NCBI GenBank assembly: GCA_030704615.1
Contig: CM060734.1
Location: forward strand, 49,786,001 to 49,850,000
DNA length: 64,000 nucleotides
Direction of reading: 5' to 3'
Origin: Takakia lepidozioides
Taxonomy: Eukaryota > Plantae > Bryophyta
Shown: one piece after another, positions 47,801 through 60,350 of the stretch
Position numbering within the stretch: the stretch's first letter is position 1
Layout of the letters: each line of letters opens with the position of its first letter
The notes under the pieces: model-generated
What the model was told of the DNA's origin: nothing
Database searches by the model: none
What the model saw: only the letters and a program-made list of their open reading frames with translations
Made by a program: the position numbers and the translations under genes

Positions 47801-50800
47801 CATGCCCCATGCACTCCACTTTTGTGACCCCGAATTCGCACTTTGAAGCTTTGGCATACAGCTTCCTTTCTTGCAATTTCTGGAACACCCTTTTTAGGTG
47901 CTCCAGGTGCTTTTCCTTTGTTTTCGAGTACACCAAGATGTCGTCGATGTACACGATCACAAAGTCATCCAACCACTCCTGGAAAAGGCTGTTCATTAGC
48001 GTGCTAAAGATCGCGGGTGCGTTGGTGAGCCCAAAAGGCATCACCAAGAACTCATATGAACCATACCTTGTCATGCACGCGGTCTTCTCCTCGTCTCCTT
48101 CTGCCACTCGAATTTGATGGTAGCCGGAGCGCAAATCGATCCGGCTGAAATACTTCGCTCCTGCCAACCGATCAAAAAGGTCGTCGATCCTTGGCAAAGG
48201 GTACCGATTTTTGATAGTCACCTTATTTAGAGCCCTGTAATCGACACACATCCGCAGCGTCCCATCCTTCTTGTCTGCGAATAGCACCGGGGCTCCGTAA
48301 GGTGACTTACTCGGCCGGATGTACCCCTTTGACATTAGATCCTTGAGCTGAGTCTTCAGCTCGACCAACTCTCTGTGGCTCAACCGTAGGGTGCCTTGGC
48401 AGCGGCTCCGATCCCGGTATCACCTCAATCTTGTGGTCAACTCCTCTTCACGGTGGCAAGCCGCTTGGTAAGTCCTCCGGCATCACATCCTGGTATTTCT
48501 CCAAAATCCCCTTGATCCAATCTGGGCTCGGTTCCCTATCGCCTTCTCCCTTCACTTGTCTTACATAAAGCAAAAACTGGGGCTCGTGTGATTCCTCCAC
48601 GGCCCACTCCTTTGATGTCAGAAAGTTTATTCGCCCTCCCACGGGGTTGGGCGTTTCCGACACTCGTAAAACTTCGCCACCATTCCCACACGGTAGCGTA
48701 ACTACTCTTTTGCGGCTATCTATGACCGCCCCGGATCTGCTCAAAAAGATCATCCCCAAAATGAGATCTACTCCATCGATCTCGCAAATGGTGAAGTTGT
48801 CACGTCCCTCCCAACTCCCCAGTTGAAGAGGAACATCGAGCGCCAACCTCGTCGCCAATTGTGGTTCTTCTTTGGCAGAACGCACCTCAATAGAGGCCCT
48901 CACATCACTTGTCGGGAGCTTCCGTGCCGTTGCTGGCGTCATGAAGGAGTGCGACGCTCCTGTGTCCACCAACAACGACACGTTAGTTCCGGAGATTATC
49001 CCACTCACAAACATTAATTGACTCCCTTTACGCAAGGCGCCAGTTTCCTGATACAACTCACAAGAGTAGTTGCCTACCTTGCAAGTCTTGGCGACCACTG
49101 CCTCCACCAAGCGGCTAATGGAATCCTCGGACAACTCCGTGGTTGCCCGAGTCATGTTTAATTGTCGGGGTTTCGCGCACTATTTTGCCATATGCCCGGG
49201 TTCCCCACAATTAAAGCACACTCCATCGAAGGTCGCCTTCTGCCCGCCATAAGCCGCCGCACCTGGTTTTCCTTTCGGGGCACCGGGTGCCGTCTTGACG
49301 TGTGAGGGTCTTCCCTTCGATTTCCATGTGCTATTGTCGCCGCGTGGCCTATCCCACTTCTTTTCCGGTCGGAAGGAGTCACCCTCCCGCCAGGTCTTCT
49401 TGTGGTTCAGCTCCGTACGGCCTTGTCTTTCGCCCCTAGGGACATCCGAGAAGCATTCAACCCTCTCAATTGTCTTGTTCAAAGTCTTTGGTGGCTTCTC
49501 CTCCAACTTCCGCCTGGTCCATGGGGCCAGTCCTGCCACAAAGTTGAAGACCATTTCTTTTCTGGTTTCTGCCATGTCCGCGACTTTGAGCAACAGCACA
49601 TTGAAAGCCTGAACATATCCCCGAATGTCATCTGTTTGCTTCAAATTCCTCATCTTGTTCCGGGCGAGCCAAGACGTGTTGAGGGGCACAAACTATCTCT
49701 TCATCAGTTCTTTGAACCCACTATAGTCCAAGGTTTCCGGGCTTGGACCTCGGTCGTGAAGGCGTTTCTGCCACCATTGTTGAGCATAGCCCCTTAAATA
49801 GGTGGGAGCCACTTCCACCCGATCCTCGTCACTCAACTTGGCCGCCCGGAAGTACTACTCTAGCTCCAAGAGCCAGGTGTTGAGTGCCTTCCGATTTCGG
49901 ACGCCCTCGAAGGTGCCGGGTTCCTTAGGCTTCACCTTAAACTTGCCTTAGTGGAAGTAGCATTAGCCGCCTTCAACACGTCTTTCAACGTCCCGCCAAA
50001 CTGCGCCAACAACCCTTTCCAAAAGGCTGCTGGCATGGGGGGCATCTGTTGGTCTGTCGGAGCTCTTAGGAATTCCTCGGGCTTTGACTCCTCAGATTCC
50101 TCCCATTCTTGAGCAGCCTCGTTTTCAAAAGCATGCATCGCTTCCTCAAATGGCCGCTTTGGTGACACGTCGCCCCCATCGGGCCCACTAGGATCATCGT
50201 CTTTCGGGCCGTTCCGCTTTCGCTTTGGCTTGCCCGATCCCATGATGAGGCCGATCCCAAGGACGATCGCGTACTGAACTCTAGGCTCTGATACCAAGTG
50301 TCGCGCACCTCACTTCGGTAAGCTCCCCCTTCAAGTCATAGTTACTCGCTTTGATGCGCGCGCCTAACTCCCAATCTGGCCGCCGGGCCAACTCGGAGCT
50401 TCGGCTGCTCACCGGGACATAACAGTCCCCCTTTCTTTCCCCAACAGACCCTCCACCGATTTGGGCCTAGTGGAAATTCCATTTGGTAGATGGCAGTCCG
50501 GAATAGCTCCCCACTCCTTGGTCGCTTTCCGGCTCGCTCGCTTACTCACTAGATTTTGGTCACCAACGGGCTTGGACCGTTCTCGGGGTTACTACTGCCT
50601 ATATATACTTCTGTGATTGTCCGCGGGGGTTCCACAAACAACACCATCCTTTTATGGCGAACCACCACGAAGACCCTCGATTCCCGGTGATGAGTCGCGG
50701 TGAGTCTTGGCCCACCCACCACGGCCCCATTGGACCGTGATGAGTCCCAAGACTCCCCACGACTCCCACCACAAGGTCTCCGCCCCATGGTGAGTCCTAT

Positions 50801-50993
50801 GCCACCCCCACTAAGACCCACTACGCTACCACCACCCCCACCGCAACCCGGTGTGCGGGGCTCCACCTAGTGAGCGCCTCCGCCTCCTTGAGTGCCTTGG
50901 GCACTCAAGGGTGCTTCAGCCCCCGCACCTATTGTTGCCGCTGCCCCCACCATAGGGGCAGCCCCTCTTGTGTCCTGACTTCCTGCCCTCAAG
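44875..50993 (-). mobile_element. Chromovirus copy B (same family as copy A), both LTRs truncated, integrase core deleted
   Basis: LTR parts at 44875-45260 and 50299-50993; PBS TGGTATCAGAG; intact RT-RNase H ORF 47130-48383; chromodomain near 46163-46345; deletion near 46880. Confidence 0.93.
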
Positions 50994-51285
50994 TACTGTT
51001 GGGCGGTTATTGACTAATCAAGATATTAAAACCTGGTCATCAATATATTGATAACCGGAATCAATTTTTTTTTCCAAACTTTTTTTTATAGATAACCAAT
51101 GGTTATAATATATGTTTTTTTTCCAACTTTTTTACAGATAACCAATGGTTATAATATATGTGAGTTTTAATATCTGGCTCATATTGGTAGTACCTGAGAA
51201 AACCGGAGTTATGCTCCTATATATCCGGATAGAAACCTGGATGTGTGGTAGAAACCGTAAGGATATCCGGTGGTTATCAATAGGG
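50994..51285. mobile_element. Degenerate hAT-MITE-like fragment
   Basis: Begins tactgttgggcggttat, similar to the CAGTGTTGGCCGGTTAT TIR, and contains repeated ataacc/ggttat motifs. Confidence 0.4.
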
Positions 51286-52384
51286 CAAAACTTGTGTGGT
51301 CCCACGCAAATTGGAATTGCTAAAAGGTCCCTCGTGTTGACACTGAAGCTAAAATCTACTAGTTGTCATTATGAACAATACATTGAAGACGTAAATACAG
51401 CTTAATCCATGCGATGAGCATTGATAGCTATATTCAATAACTTAACATTCTAAAATTTATTTTAAAATAGTAAAAAAATAATACCTATACATAAATCATT
51501 CTCACAACAATAATCAATGGGTCTTGACACACAAACATCTATCTTTAATTATAGACTAGGGTAGCCTATGCCGTTGGCCCAAGTGTCTAGTGTCATCTAA
51601 GCCCAAAGTGTAAGACCTTCTATGTAGGATCTTCTAGGGTAGCTTGTGCCGTTGGCCCATGCGTAAAGAATTGAAACATGGGCAGTTGCAGGGTTGAGTG
51701 AACAAAAAACGACAGATCCTGCTCCATGAAAGTCCATGACCAAAAAACAAAAGTTGAGGATACTATCCCAAAATATTTTTTTAGTGATAGATAATGGTAT
51801 ACTGAACATATTTAGTAAAGAGTTCTACCCCATATATTAAAGATATAATTCATTAAATATTTTAGTATATTATTTAGAGAAATTATGAAAAACTAAAAAT
51901 TAGAGTTTACGAGAAAAAAATTCAATATGACACCTAGCTATTGAAGATTATAGGTTTTTATATTTCTAGAAAAACAATGACACCCAAAATCTAAAAAACA
52001 AGATGAGCTATGGACTTTTCAAAAAACGCCTATTGTTTTTACATATATTAGTCCATATGAGTCAAATAACAAATGATTTTTCCACTTCAAATCCATACCT
52101 ATGATGTGGACCATAATGACCACTTTATGTCCAAATTTCAATGGAATTCACCAATGGCACATAGGAGAACTTGAGTCCATTGTAATTCCATTCATTCATT
52201 CCATAGCGGAGTCATTTCTTATCGGATTCATGATTGGAGAGTTGTTATGGGTGCGTATTGAAGCTATAAATCCAATGACATATATATTTGATGGTTTTAA
52301 TGAGTTAATTCAATTTTAATTGATGACACCATCAATTGCAGTCATCTAAAAATGTGCTGGTAACGTCCATTTTGGTCCAGTCCA

Positions 52385-53440
52385 CCCTGCATTCACCCAT
52401 CTAAGACCAAATGTTAAGTATCCAAGTGCGTCTCCTATATTAAGGCCCATCTAAGCCCAAGTGCAATCTCCTATGTATCCAAGTGCTTCTCGTATGTAGA
52501 GGCCCAAGTGCGATCTCGAATGTCATTCCAACACTTAATTGTGTAATTTAGTTGAATTTTCAGCAATCAAAATTGTTCATATTTCTATATTTCTCGATCC
52601 GAAGATCCAAATTTTGTTGGTTGGTCGTTGGCCCAGTGTCCAATGTCATCTAAGTCCAAGTGCAATCTCATATGTATCCAAGTGCGTCTCCTATCGAGGC
52701 TTCATAAATTGATATATCTCATGTCAAGGCTCCAATCATTGTCCCAGGAAAACCCAAATGCGACCTCTAGTGTAGCCGTTGCCGTTGGCCCAAGTGTCCA
52801 GTGTCATCTATCTCCAAGTGCAATCCCCTATGTATCCATAGACCCCACTCTTTGGGAGATCTAGGGTAGCCTGCGCCATTGGCCCATGTGTGAATAATTG
52901 AAATCTAAGCCCAAGTGCAATCTCCTATATATCCAAGTGCATCTCCCATGTAGAGGCCCAAGTGCGACCTCCAGTGTCCAATGTCACCTAAGTCCAAGTG
53001 CAATCCCAAAGCCCACTTTGCTATTTTTACAATCTCCCTTGTCGAGGCTTGATTTATTGATATATCCACTTTGCTATTTTTTGCGAATTTCCAGCAACCA
53101 AAAGTACTTGAAATTCCAAATAAACCACATGAAGGGCCGATCATTGCTCCAATAAAGCCCACTTTGCTATTTTTTCCGAATTTCCAACGGCCAAAAGTAC
53201 TTGGAATTTGACATCTCCCACACCACTGTTGGCCCAAGTGTCCAATGTCATCTAAGTACTCCAAGTGCAATCCCCTATGCATCAAAAGACCCTACACTTT
53301 GGGAGATCTCCATGTCATTGTTCCAACAAAGCCCACTTTGCTATTTTTGCAATCTCGAAACTTCATATATTGATATATCCACTTTGCTATTTTTCACGAA
53401 TTTCTAGCGACCAAAAAGTACTTGAAATTCGATCAATATA
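52385..53440. repeat. Degenerate tandem repeat cluster (GGCCCAAGTG / CCAAGTGCAATC / CCACTTTGCTATTTT units)
   Basis: Many imperfect copies; a related unit occurs at 51555-51660. Confidence 0.75.
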
Positions 53441-53456
53441 TGAGTAAGGTAGGTTG

Positions 53457-53690
53457 TGTCGCAGCCCTTTGCCTAGAGGGCGAGGGGTCGGGACACAAGA
53501 GCTGTGGCGGGGGCAGCGGCAGCGAATCGGGATAGGGGCCGAAACGGAGGCGTTCGCTACTTAGGTGGAGCCCTGCCAACCGGGTTGCGGTGGGGGGGCT
53601 CCATGTGGGGTAGTGGTAGCGTAGGGAGTCGTAGTGGGGGTGGCATAGGACTCACCACGAGGCCGAGGCTTTGTGGTGGGAGTTGACGAG
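53457..53690 (+). repeat. Partial LTR related to chromovirus A/B, on the plus strand
   Basis: ggtaggttg|tgtcgcagccctttgcc... is a diverged reverse complement of about 9500-9768. Confidence 0.8.
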
Positions 53691-54312
53691 CCTCGCCGCG
53701 CGCACAATAACCGCGGGGAAAACGAAGGCGAACGTCGATCCGGGGGCTGGAGTTCGGCGATGAGGTAGGCTGGGCTCAAGAACCGCTCAACCGTGAAGTG
53801 TGTCGCTAAGCTTGGCGGAGGGTCAGTGGTCGATTGAGGGACCACCTCCCGCTATCCTAAACTACCAGCAAACGCAGGTTTCAACTTCTACGCTTACGGG
53901 GCAAAATTTGTTTGTGTCTCCTACGGAATCTACTCCTAGCTAATTGTCTTCCAAGACTTCTTTATTAGAGTTAACACGGCTTCACCCCGGAGCCATTGGT
54001 GCCTCCGGAAGATCCTCTTCACCTGGATTGACTGCTGCCGGAAGCGTTAAGGGCTAGCTGCTTAGGTCTGGGTTGCTCCACCAATACGCACCCCCGGATC
54101 ACACGTGTGTGCAAAGGGGTCATCTACATTCCCGCTATCCGAAGGGGAGAGCACACCCTAGTCTAGCAAAAAAACTCTTTACTTGGACAATATCTCATTT
54201 TTCCATTAGCTGCTAGGGCCCTTGGCTATTTTCTAGCACTAGATATTGACAAAAAAAATGGAAAAAATACTATCATAGGCAGGCCACGATAATTAGAAAT
54301 AGAGATAAAAAC

Positions 54313-54821
54313 CAGTGTTGGACTGGTATCAAGTTTTTTACATACCAGTCTGATCCTGGTACCAGGCGTATCACAAAGTTTTCATACCAGTCTGGTCTAT
54401 ATAATGGTGGATGTATATTTGTCCAAATATTGGTATGAGTATGAGTATCATGACCACAATACTAGCTGGTATGAGGTATCAACTCTGGTATCATTCTTTA
54501 TGTGTATTGTATTTATTTTCACTTGATATTTGCTATTTGATAAACTTGTAATTTAAGATGGCTTTAGAAGTAAATATACATAAATACAAATGTATAGACA
54601 AATGAACATATAAATTAATATGGTACACATACCAGAGTAAATGAGGAAGACTGCGGGGGAGTACTGGTATTGTGGCTGGTATGAAAAAACTGATACCAGC
54701 CTGGTCTGGTATATGACCAAGTATTCTCCCAAATGATACGAGACGGGTCTGGTATCTAATACCAGTGCATAGACCAGTACTTTATACCAGTCCTTCACCT
54801 ATATATACCAGTCCAACACTG
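54313..54821. mobile_element. hAT-type MITE
   Basis: 17-bp TIR CAGTGTTGGACTGGTAT; 8-bp TSD ATAAAAAC at 54305-54312 and 54822-54829; internal ctggta/taccag repeats. Confidence 0.93.
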
Positions 54822-55126
54822 ATAAAAACCCTAGATTTAATTACCTCTATTCCTATTTTCTGGTGATTTTCTAAACAGAAAACCCACGTCAAAATTAATT
54901 ACTGAGGCTGGAAATTCACTAATTCTAGAAAAATAGGCATAAGGTAGGAATTCATCTAAGCTTTCCAATGACCCATGGCTTGGCCTCTAGATAATTCTGT
55001 AACCCCCTCTCATTGCCCAAAAACCATTATCAAGATGTGGGACCATAGGGAATTGGTCTAATAGGTCCACACAACCCCCTAAGCCCTTAATACATAGCCC
55101 CTAGCCTCTAGATCTCAGGTTCAAAC

Positions 55127-55857
55127 CAGTGTTGGTCGGGTATAGCACTTTATCCCGGTTAGTAGGTATACACAACCGCAAGGTATTTTTACAAAACAGA
55201 GCAAATAGATAACCGACGGTTGGGAGGTGAGTATATATATGTATATGTACCCTATATTAAGGTTAGCACTACATTAGTAAGGCGTTTTGACCACCCCTAG
55301 AGCGGTTACAATATAGGACACGCCTCCTCACACAACGCAACTGCATTGATTGCCTGCATGCCTAGATTGGCAACTTTTGCAAGAGGTGCAAAAGGTGCGC
55401 TCAATATGTATAACTTATGGCTATGTTAAATGTTAGCCAACTCCTCTCTTTGGTTTTTTTTTCTTTTTCTTACTTTAATCATTTTTTTGCCATTGTGGAT
55501 AAATCTCTCATGTACTTGGAGCATTCTAGCATTACCTATTTATTACTCATATTTATTAAAGGTTCTCATCTTCATTTGGATGTCATGTGGGAATTGATTA
55601 TTTTTAACGAAAATCATTGAGAAATACAAGTGCATATATGTAACCGCCAATTGCATATATATATCTGCCAATTTTAGGACACCTCTAACCGTCCTATTCA
55701 TAACCGTCTAAATTTGAAGAATTTTGTAGAATAGATAACCGGTGGATATATTAAAATAAAAAAATTTATCCTTATACATAACCATGGAGTGTGTCCATCC
55801 CAAAAATATTGACCTTAACCGGCGGATATGTAAAATTCTTATAACCGGCCAACACTG
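55127..55857. mobile_element. hAT-type MITE
   Basis: TIR CAGTGTTGG(T/C)CGG; 8-bp TSD GTTCAAAC at 55119-55126 and 55858-55865. Confidence 0.92.
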
Positions 55858-57319
55858 GTTCAAACCCCCCTAGAGCTAAAATGACTTGTTAAAACATCAG
55901 ATGAAAAACTGCATTTATCATCCACTGGTCATCTACCGTTCATCTTTACAACGGATGAAAAACTGCATTTATCATTCTGCCTTCATCCATCCTTCATCCA
56001 TCCTGCGAATGAAATACTGCTTATCTCATCCATCCATGTCTAACCATCCACTATTCCACATTCCTCAAAAAACGCTCTCAATATGAATAATATATTTTGG
56101 TGGGTCCGCTGTTGGTTCCTCTTACCTAAGTGCATTTTAAGGCTGGGTGCAACCGAAGATGACTCTCTCTCCCACTTCCCTCCCAAAAGCTTTGTATACT
56201 TATCGTTGGCTTTTTGTGAGCAAGGTGTCTCAGTGTGAGCCGAACGGACGATTCCTGAGCTGACTACCTATGACATACCAAAACGAAGGCCTCGAAGACC
56301 TTCACCCTCCATTCAAATTTCCAACCCAGCCACTAAGGAAGCAACATCTCAAAACTCCCTCAATCGAAAGAATCATTCAAAAAGTATTTTCCTACCTAAG
56401 ACCCCCCCTTAATCCATTACCCACTGGTCCGTTCCATCCTGGTTACCCGCTGGTCGCAGAGCAGTGTGGCAAGGCGCTGTAGGACGAGGCGATGAACCAC
56501 TGGTTGCGGCCGCTCGGGTAAAGTGACGGACCGATGGGTAAAGCGACGGACCGCTGGATAAAGCCAGAGAGCACTTAGGTGGCCAGCACGGCCTAACCCC
56601 CCGCAGGGCTGCTGTCGAGCAGCTTGGGTGCTGGGGTGGTCAACACCTCGAGTTCCGCGGGGCCTGCAGCCCGCTTCAAACCAATAGCCAGCTCCTGGCT
56701 ATTGCCATGATATCCCCTTTATGGCGCCTCACTTTTGGGAACCCAATCCATGGTCTTTTGCCTTCACCTAAAAAAACAAGAAAATAAACCCCAAGCTAAC
56801 CCCAAGCTAACCCCAAAGGGCTAGCCTAATCTTCCCAAGGGTTAGCTATGGTCCTCCATAGCTTAACCAAGCTAGGGAGGCCATATTAGATCTGATTTTT
56901 GATCTGTAAATTAGTTATGCATGAAAAATAAATTTCCAGCGACAAAATAAACTTGAAAAAAAATCAAAACTTTGCTAGCTCTTCCACCTTGCTCCTCTCC
57001 TATGGGGGGTTGATATGCTTAACAAGAGACAAATAAATGGCAAGTCTAGAGGGCTCAGTGCACACTAAGCTACACTCATATGCGCCAAATGAAATGAAAT
57101 AAAAAACAAAAGAAGATTTCCCTCTAAGCTCTATGCAAGCATCTATCTAATATTAGTGGGTTAGCTTCCCTTGCATGCCTAGTTAGCTTCACGCATGAAA
57201 ATAAGGCCTAGTGGCCAACAAAAAAAAGAACCCACATCCCACTTAGATATCCCACTGCATGGTCAGCTCTCTAGGGATTAGATCTTTCCACTCTTAAGCC
57301 AAAAGACAAAACATAGATA

Positions 57320-58680
57320 AAAATGACAACTGCTTGGGCTTGTCGTGCACCTAAGCATCGTGCCACAACATACATCGCTTGCAACCACACTTCCTAGCAT
57401 CTAATCCTCGAAAGTCATTCCACAATGATACGGAAATGGTGAAAAGAGGTGAACCCACTCTATCACGTTTATAAGTCAAGCCAATGGCACCTTTACTAAA
57501 GGACTCCACCATACAGACCTCACACACTCTCCATCTCAATACCTAGAGCTATGGCGGCGAGAGAGGCCTCGGAAGGCTCGACTAGAAGAAGACGAGCCTG
57601 CCTACGTCTCACGTGGAGATAACCTCTCCATGTCCCAAATGAGGTTCGTCATCTCACTTGGCACATGGAACCAAATGAAGTCCCAATGCCAACAAAATAC
57701 AAATATAAATGTATAATGTCCTAATTAGTTAGAAATAACTATTTCTAACTAATCACAAACAAAACCATGACAACTGTTGTGCACCTAAGCATCGTGCCAC
57801 AACATACATCGCTGTCCAACCACACTTCATAGCATATAATCCTAGAAAGTCATGTTACAATCGCCCCCCTAGCTGGTGATTAGGTCCCTCTAATACCAGA
57901 TAGCTTGCAAGTATCCACCCGAATAAGGTCATCATTTGGTCTCCAATCGCACAAGTCTCAGCATTTGAAGTCGATAGATCAAGAGGCCAGTGCACAAGGA
58001 GCCCCATCGTTAGTCGCCTTCATGCAATCCATGATCTTCAGTTGAGTATCCACGACATTGAAGCCCCACTAGCTAGACCTTGGATCACTTGTCAATCTCA
58101 CCATTGTCATGCCCACTACCTCTGTCCAATGCATCGTGGACATAACCAATCTCCAATATGAACCTTCTTAAGTGGTGGTGTCAAGCATCCCACGTGCCAC
58201 CCCCTTGAGCATCTATCAAACACCAATATGGTTGCGGCACCACCACCATGCCCATATAGCATGCAACGCAACCATGCAGGTACCACTGCAAGGTTGGGAT
58301 CTATCCTCCCATCACACATGTGGAAGATGACATGGCGCACAATTGTGCACATGGTCCTTCCATACCGTGCCATCTCGACCCTCCATAATCAACACTCCTG
58401 AAGGCAACACCTCCCTGACCCTTAGAATCACACGTCCTGCTGTGACATGTGACATCCAATGTTGTAGGCGCTGTCTACTGCAGATACACATAGTCCCCAA
58501 GGTGGAAACGCCGAACACCTGGCCGATATACCCTTCCACGTATAGTGACATACCTCAATGTAGGTCGTAATCCATGCACAAGCAAGCACGATGATACTGG
58601 AGCTCGGTGATATAGTGAGACGGATGACGAGATGGTGCCAGGATGACATGCGTCTGTTTTTTTGTGCATTCTAGCAATGA
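57320..58680 (-). mobile_element. 3' fragment of the DNMT/PHD Gypsy family: integrase C-terminus, PHD, PPT and LTR starting at 57859; 58563-58680 is inverted
   Basis: LRYVTIRG..FHLGDYVY matches 30085-30165; DRCSRGWHVGCLTPPL..GDWLCPRC; the same PPT as at 44560; a direct repeat of about 75 bp at 57345 and 57779. Confidence 0.82.
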
Positions 58681-58984
58681 GAGCTTAAGCTGGTCTATTC
58701 CATGCGATTGATCACGTAGATGGTGTGCATGACGATCCAGAGATTAGTGAGGAGCTTGTAATGAAACTTCTCCAATGGGAAGAAGTCAGTAGGGCTCTTA
58801 CCCAAGTAGGTTATTGATACCCTTTCTTGGAGTTCCAATGATAGATCTTGGGATGTGGGGCAACGCAATTGCATTAAAGAGGTGGTTTTTTTTTAAGAGG
58901 TTGAGGATGTTTCTTGCACGGAGGATGTCCTCAAGGTGGCTATGGTGGAGCAAGTGGAGGCTATGCCACAATCAGAGTGGGCTC

Positions 58985-59665
58985 TGTCAAGGACGAGAAC
59001 ATGACTAAACACAAACAAGAGTTCAGACTAGAGGTACAAGACTAGACAAGAAGTCAAGGTCGGCGTGGCCGAGTGCATGGTGGATAAACATGAATCAAGA
59101 TGATCTTTATAACAATGGACAAGAGTATAAGATACTAGAACTCAACTCGAATACTGGAATGCTGGAAACTGGACTGGGGTACCAGATACTAGAAGCTGGA
59201 CTGGAGTACTAGGATTGGGAACAAGAATAACTTGAACTTGTGTTGGCGAGACTGAAGAGTGTCCAGTCTCGCCTCCTATATATATTGGTTACTAAGAAGC
59301 TTCCCCTATGGAGGTTTCTTGCTGGAGAAGTTTCCAAGATTAAACAAAGGTTTCTTGATGGAGAAGCTTCCTTAAACAAAAGAGGTATCTTGATGGAGAA
59401 GTTTCATCCAAAGAAAGCTTCTTGAGCAGTTTCCCAAGTTACTCTTGGTAATTTGGTGAACTCCCGGTAACTTGATAAATCATGGTAAATCATGGTAGAT
59501 CATGATAAATCACGGTAAGTCATGGTAACTTCCGGTAACATGATAACTTGATAACTTGATAACTTCTGGTATTTACTCCTGGTAATTTCCTCTGGGTTAT
59601 GTCCGTGACATCACCCCCTCCTCTAGCGCCGAGTTCCTCGAGGAGCGGTAAAATCTTGGACTTGC
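58985..59665 (-). mobile_element. 3' LTR (58985-59610) with PPT and polyprotein end of the self-priming Gypsy family
   Basis: TG..CA ends; matches 29588-29923; PPT AGGAGGGGGTGA; TATA at 59277-59284; GGTAAATCAT-like tandem repeats at 59465-59570. Confidence 0.88.
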
Positions 59666-59978
59666 TTAGAATTGGAGAAAATCCAAAATCCGGCCAACAA
59701 CGCTATCGCGTGAGCCTGGCGCGTGAGCGTGTGAGCATACGCTCACACAATGATGACGTGGCGTGAGCCTACGCTCACGCTGCTGACATGGCGCTGATGC
59801 TGACGTGGCGTGAGCCTGGTCCAGGTCATGCCACGTCACCACAAAGAAGGTGGGCCTATAACCGTGGAGCCCCCAACTGCTGATTTCCCCACATGAAGGT
59901 GAAACGGATAAAGGGTTTTGGGCTTTCCTGGAGTTCAATCTTCTGTTAACAGGAGCTTCATTTCGTAGAACTGAAATG

Positions 59979-60168
59979 AACCTCGTGTCGACACAAGGGG
60001 GATTTGGAGAACTTCAACAAAACCTCGTGTTAACACGAGGTTGTTTTCCTGGAACAAAAATGAACTTCGTGTTGACACGATGTTGTTTTCTGAGAACTAA
60101 AATCATCCTTGTGTCAACACAAGGAGGATTTGGAGAACTTCAAGTAAACCTCGTGTTGAGACGAGGTT
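59979..60168. repeat. Five palindromic 22-bp motifs (AACCTCGTGTnnACACGAGGTT) at an exact 42-bp period
   Basis: Copies start at 59979, 60021, 60063, 60105 and 60147. Confidence 0.88.
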
Positions 60169-60350
60169 GATTTGATCATCTGTCTATCTGAAGGTAGTTT
60201 CTTGTGTTTGCTAATGAAAAGAGAATGACAAACCAATGCGACAAATGCATTGACCCACGCATAGCAAAGATGTTAGACGACATACATTGAGAGTCACTGG
60301 ACTTGAACAGTCATTCCATTACAAGTTGTAGTCAAGGAAAACACAGATTT

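Noticed and set aside
29588-59610. LTRs at 29588-29923 and 58985-59610 as the two ends of one element
   Set aside because: The geometry is wrong: the gag-linked 5' LTR reads away from the PPT-linked 3' LTR, so they are separate insertions.
59979-60168. CRISPR-like array of palindromic repeats
   Set aside because: The intervening sequences are only 20 bp and resemble each other, no cas genes are present, and the context is eukaryotic.
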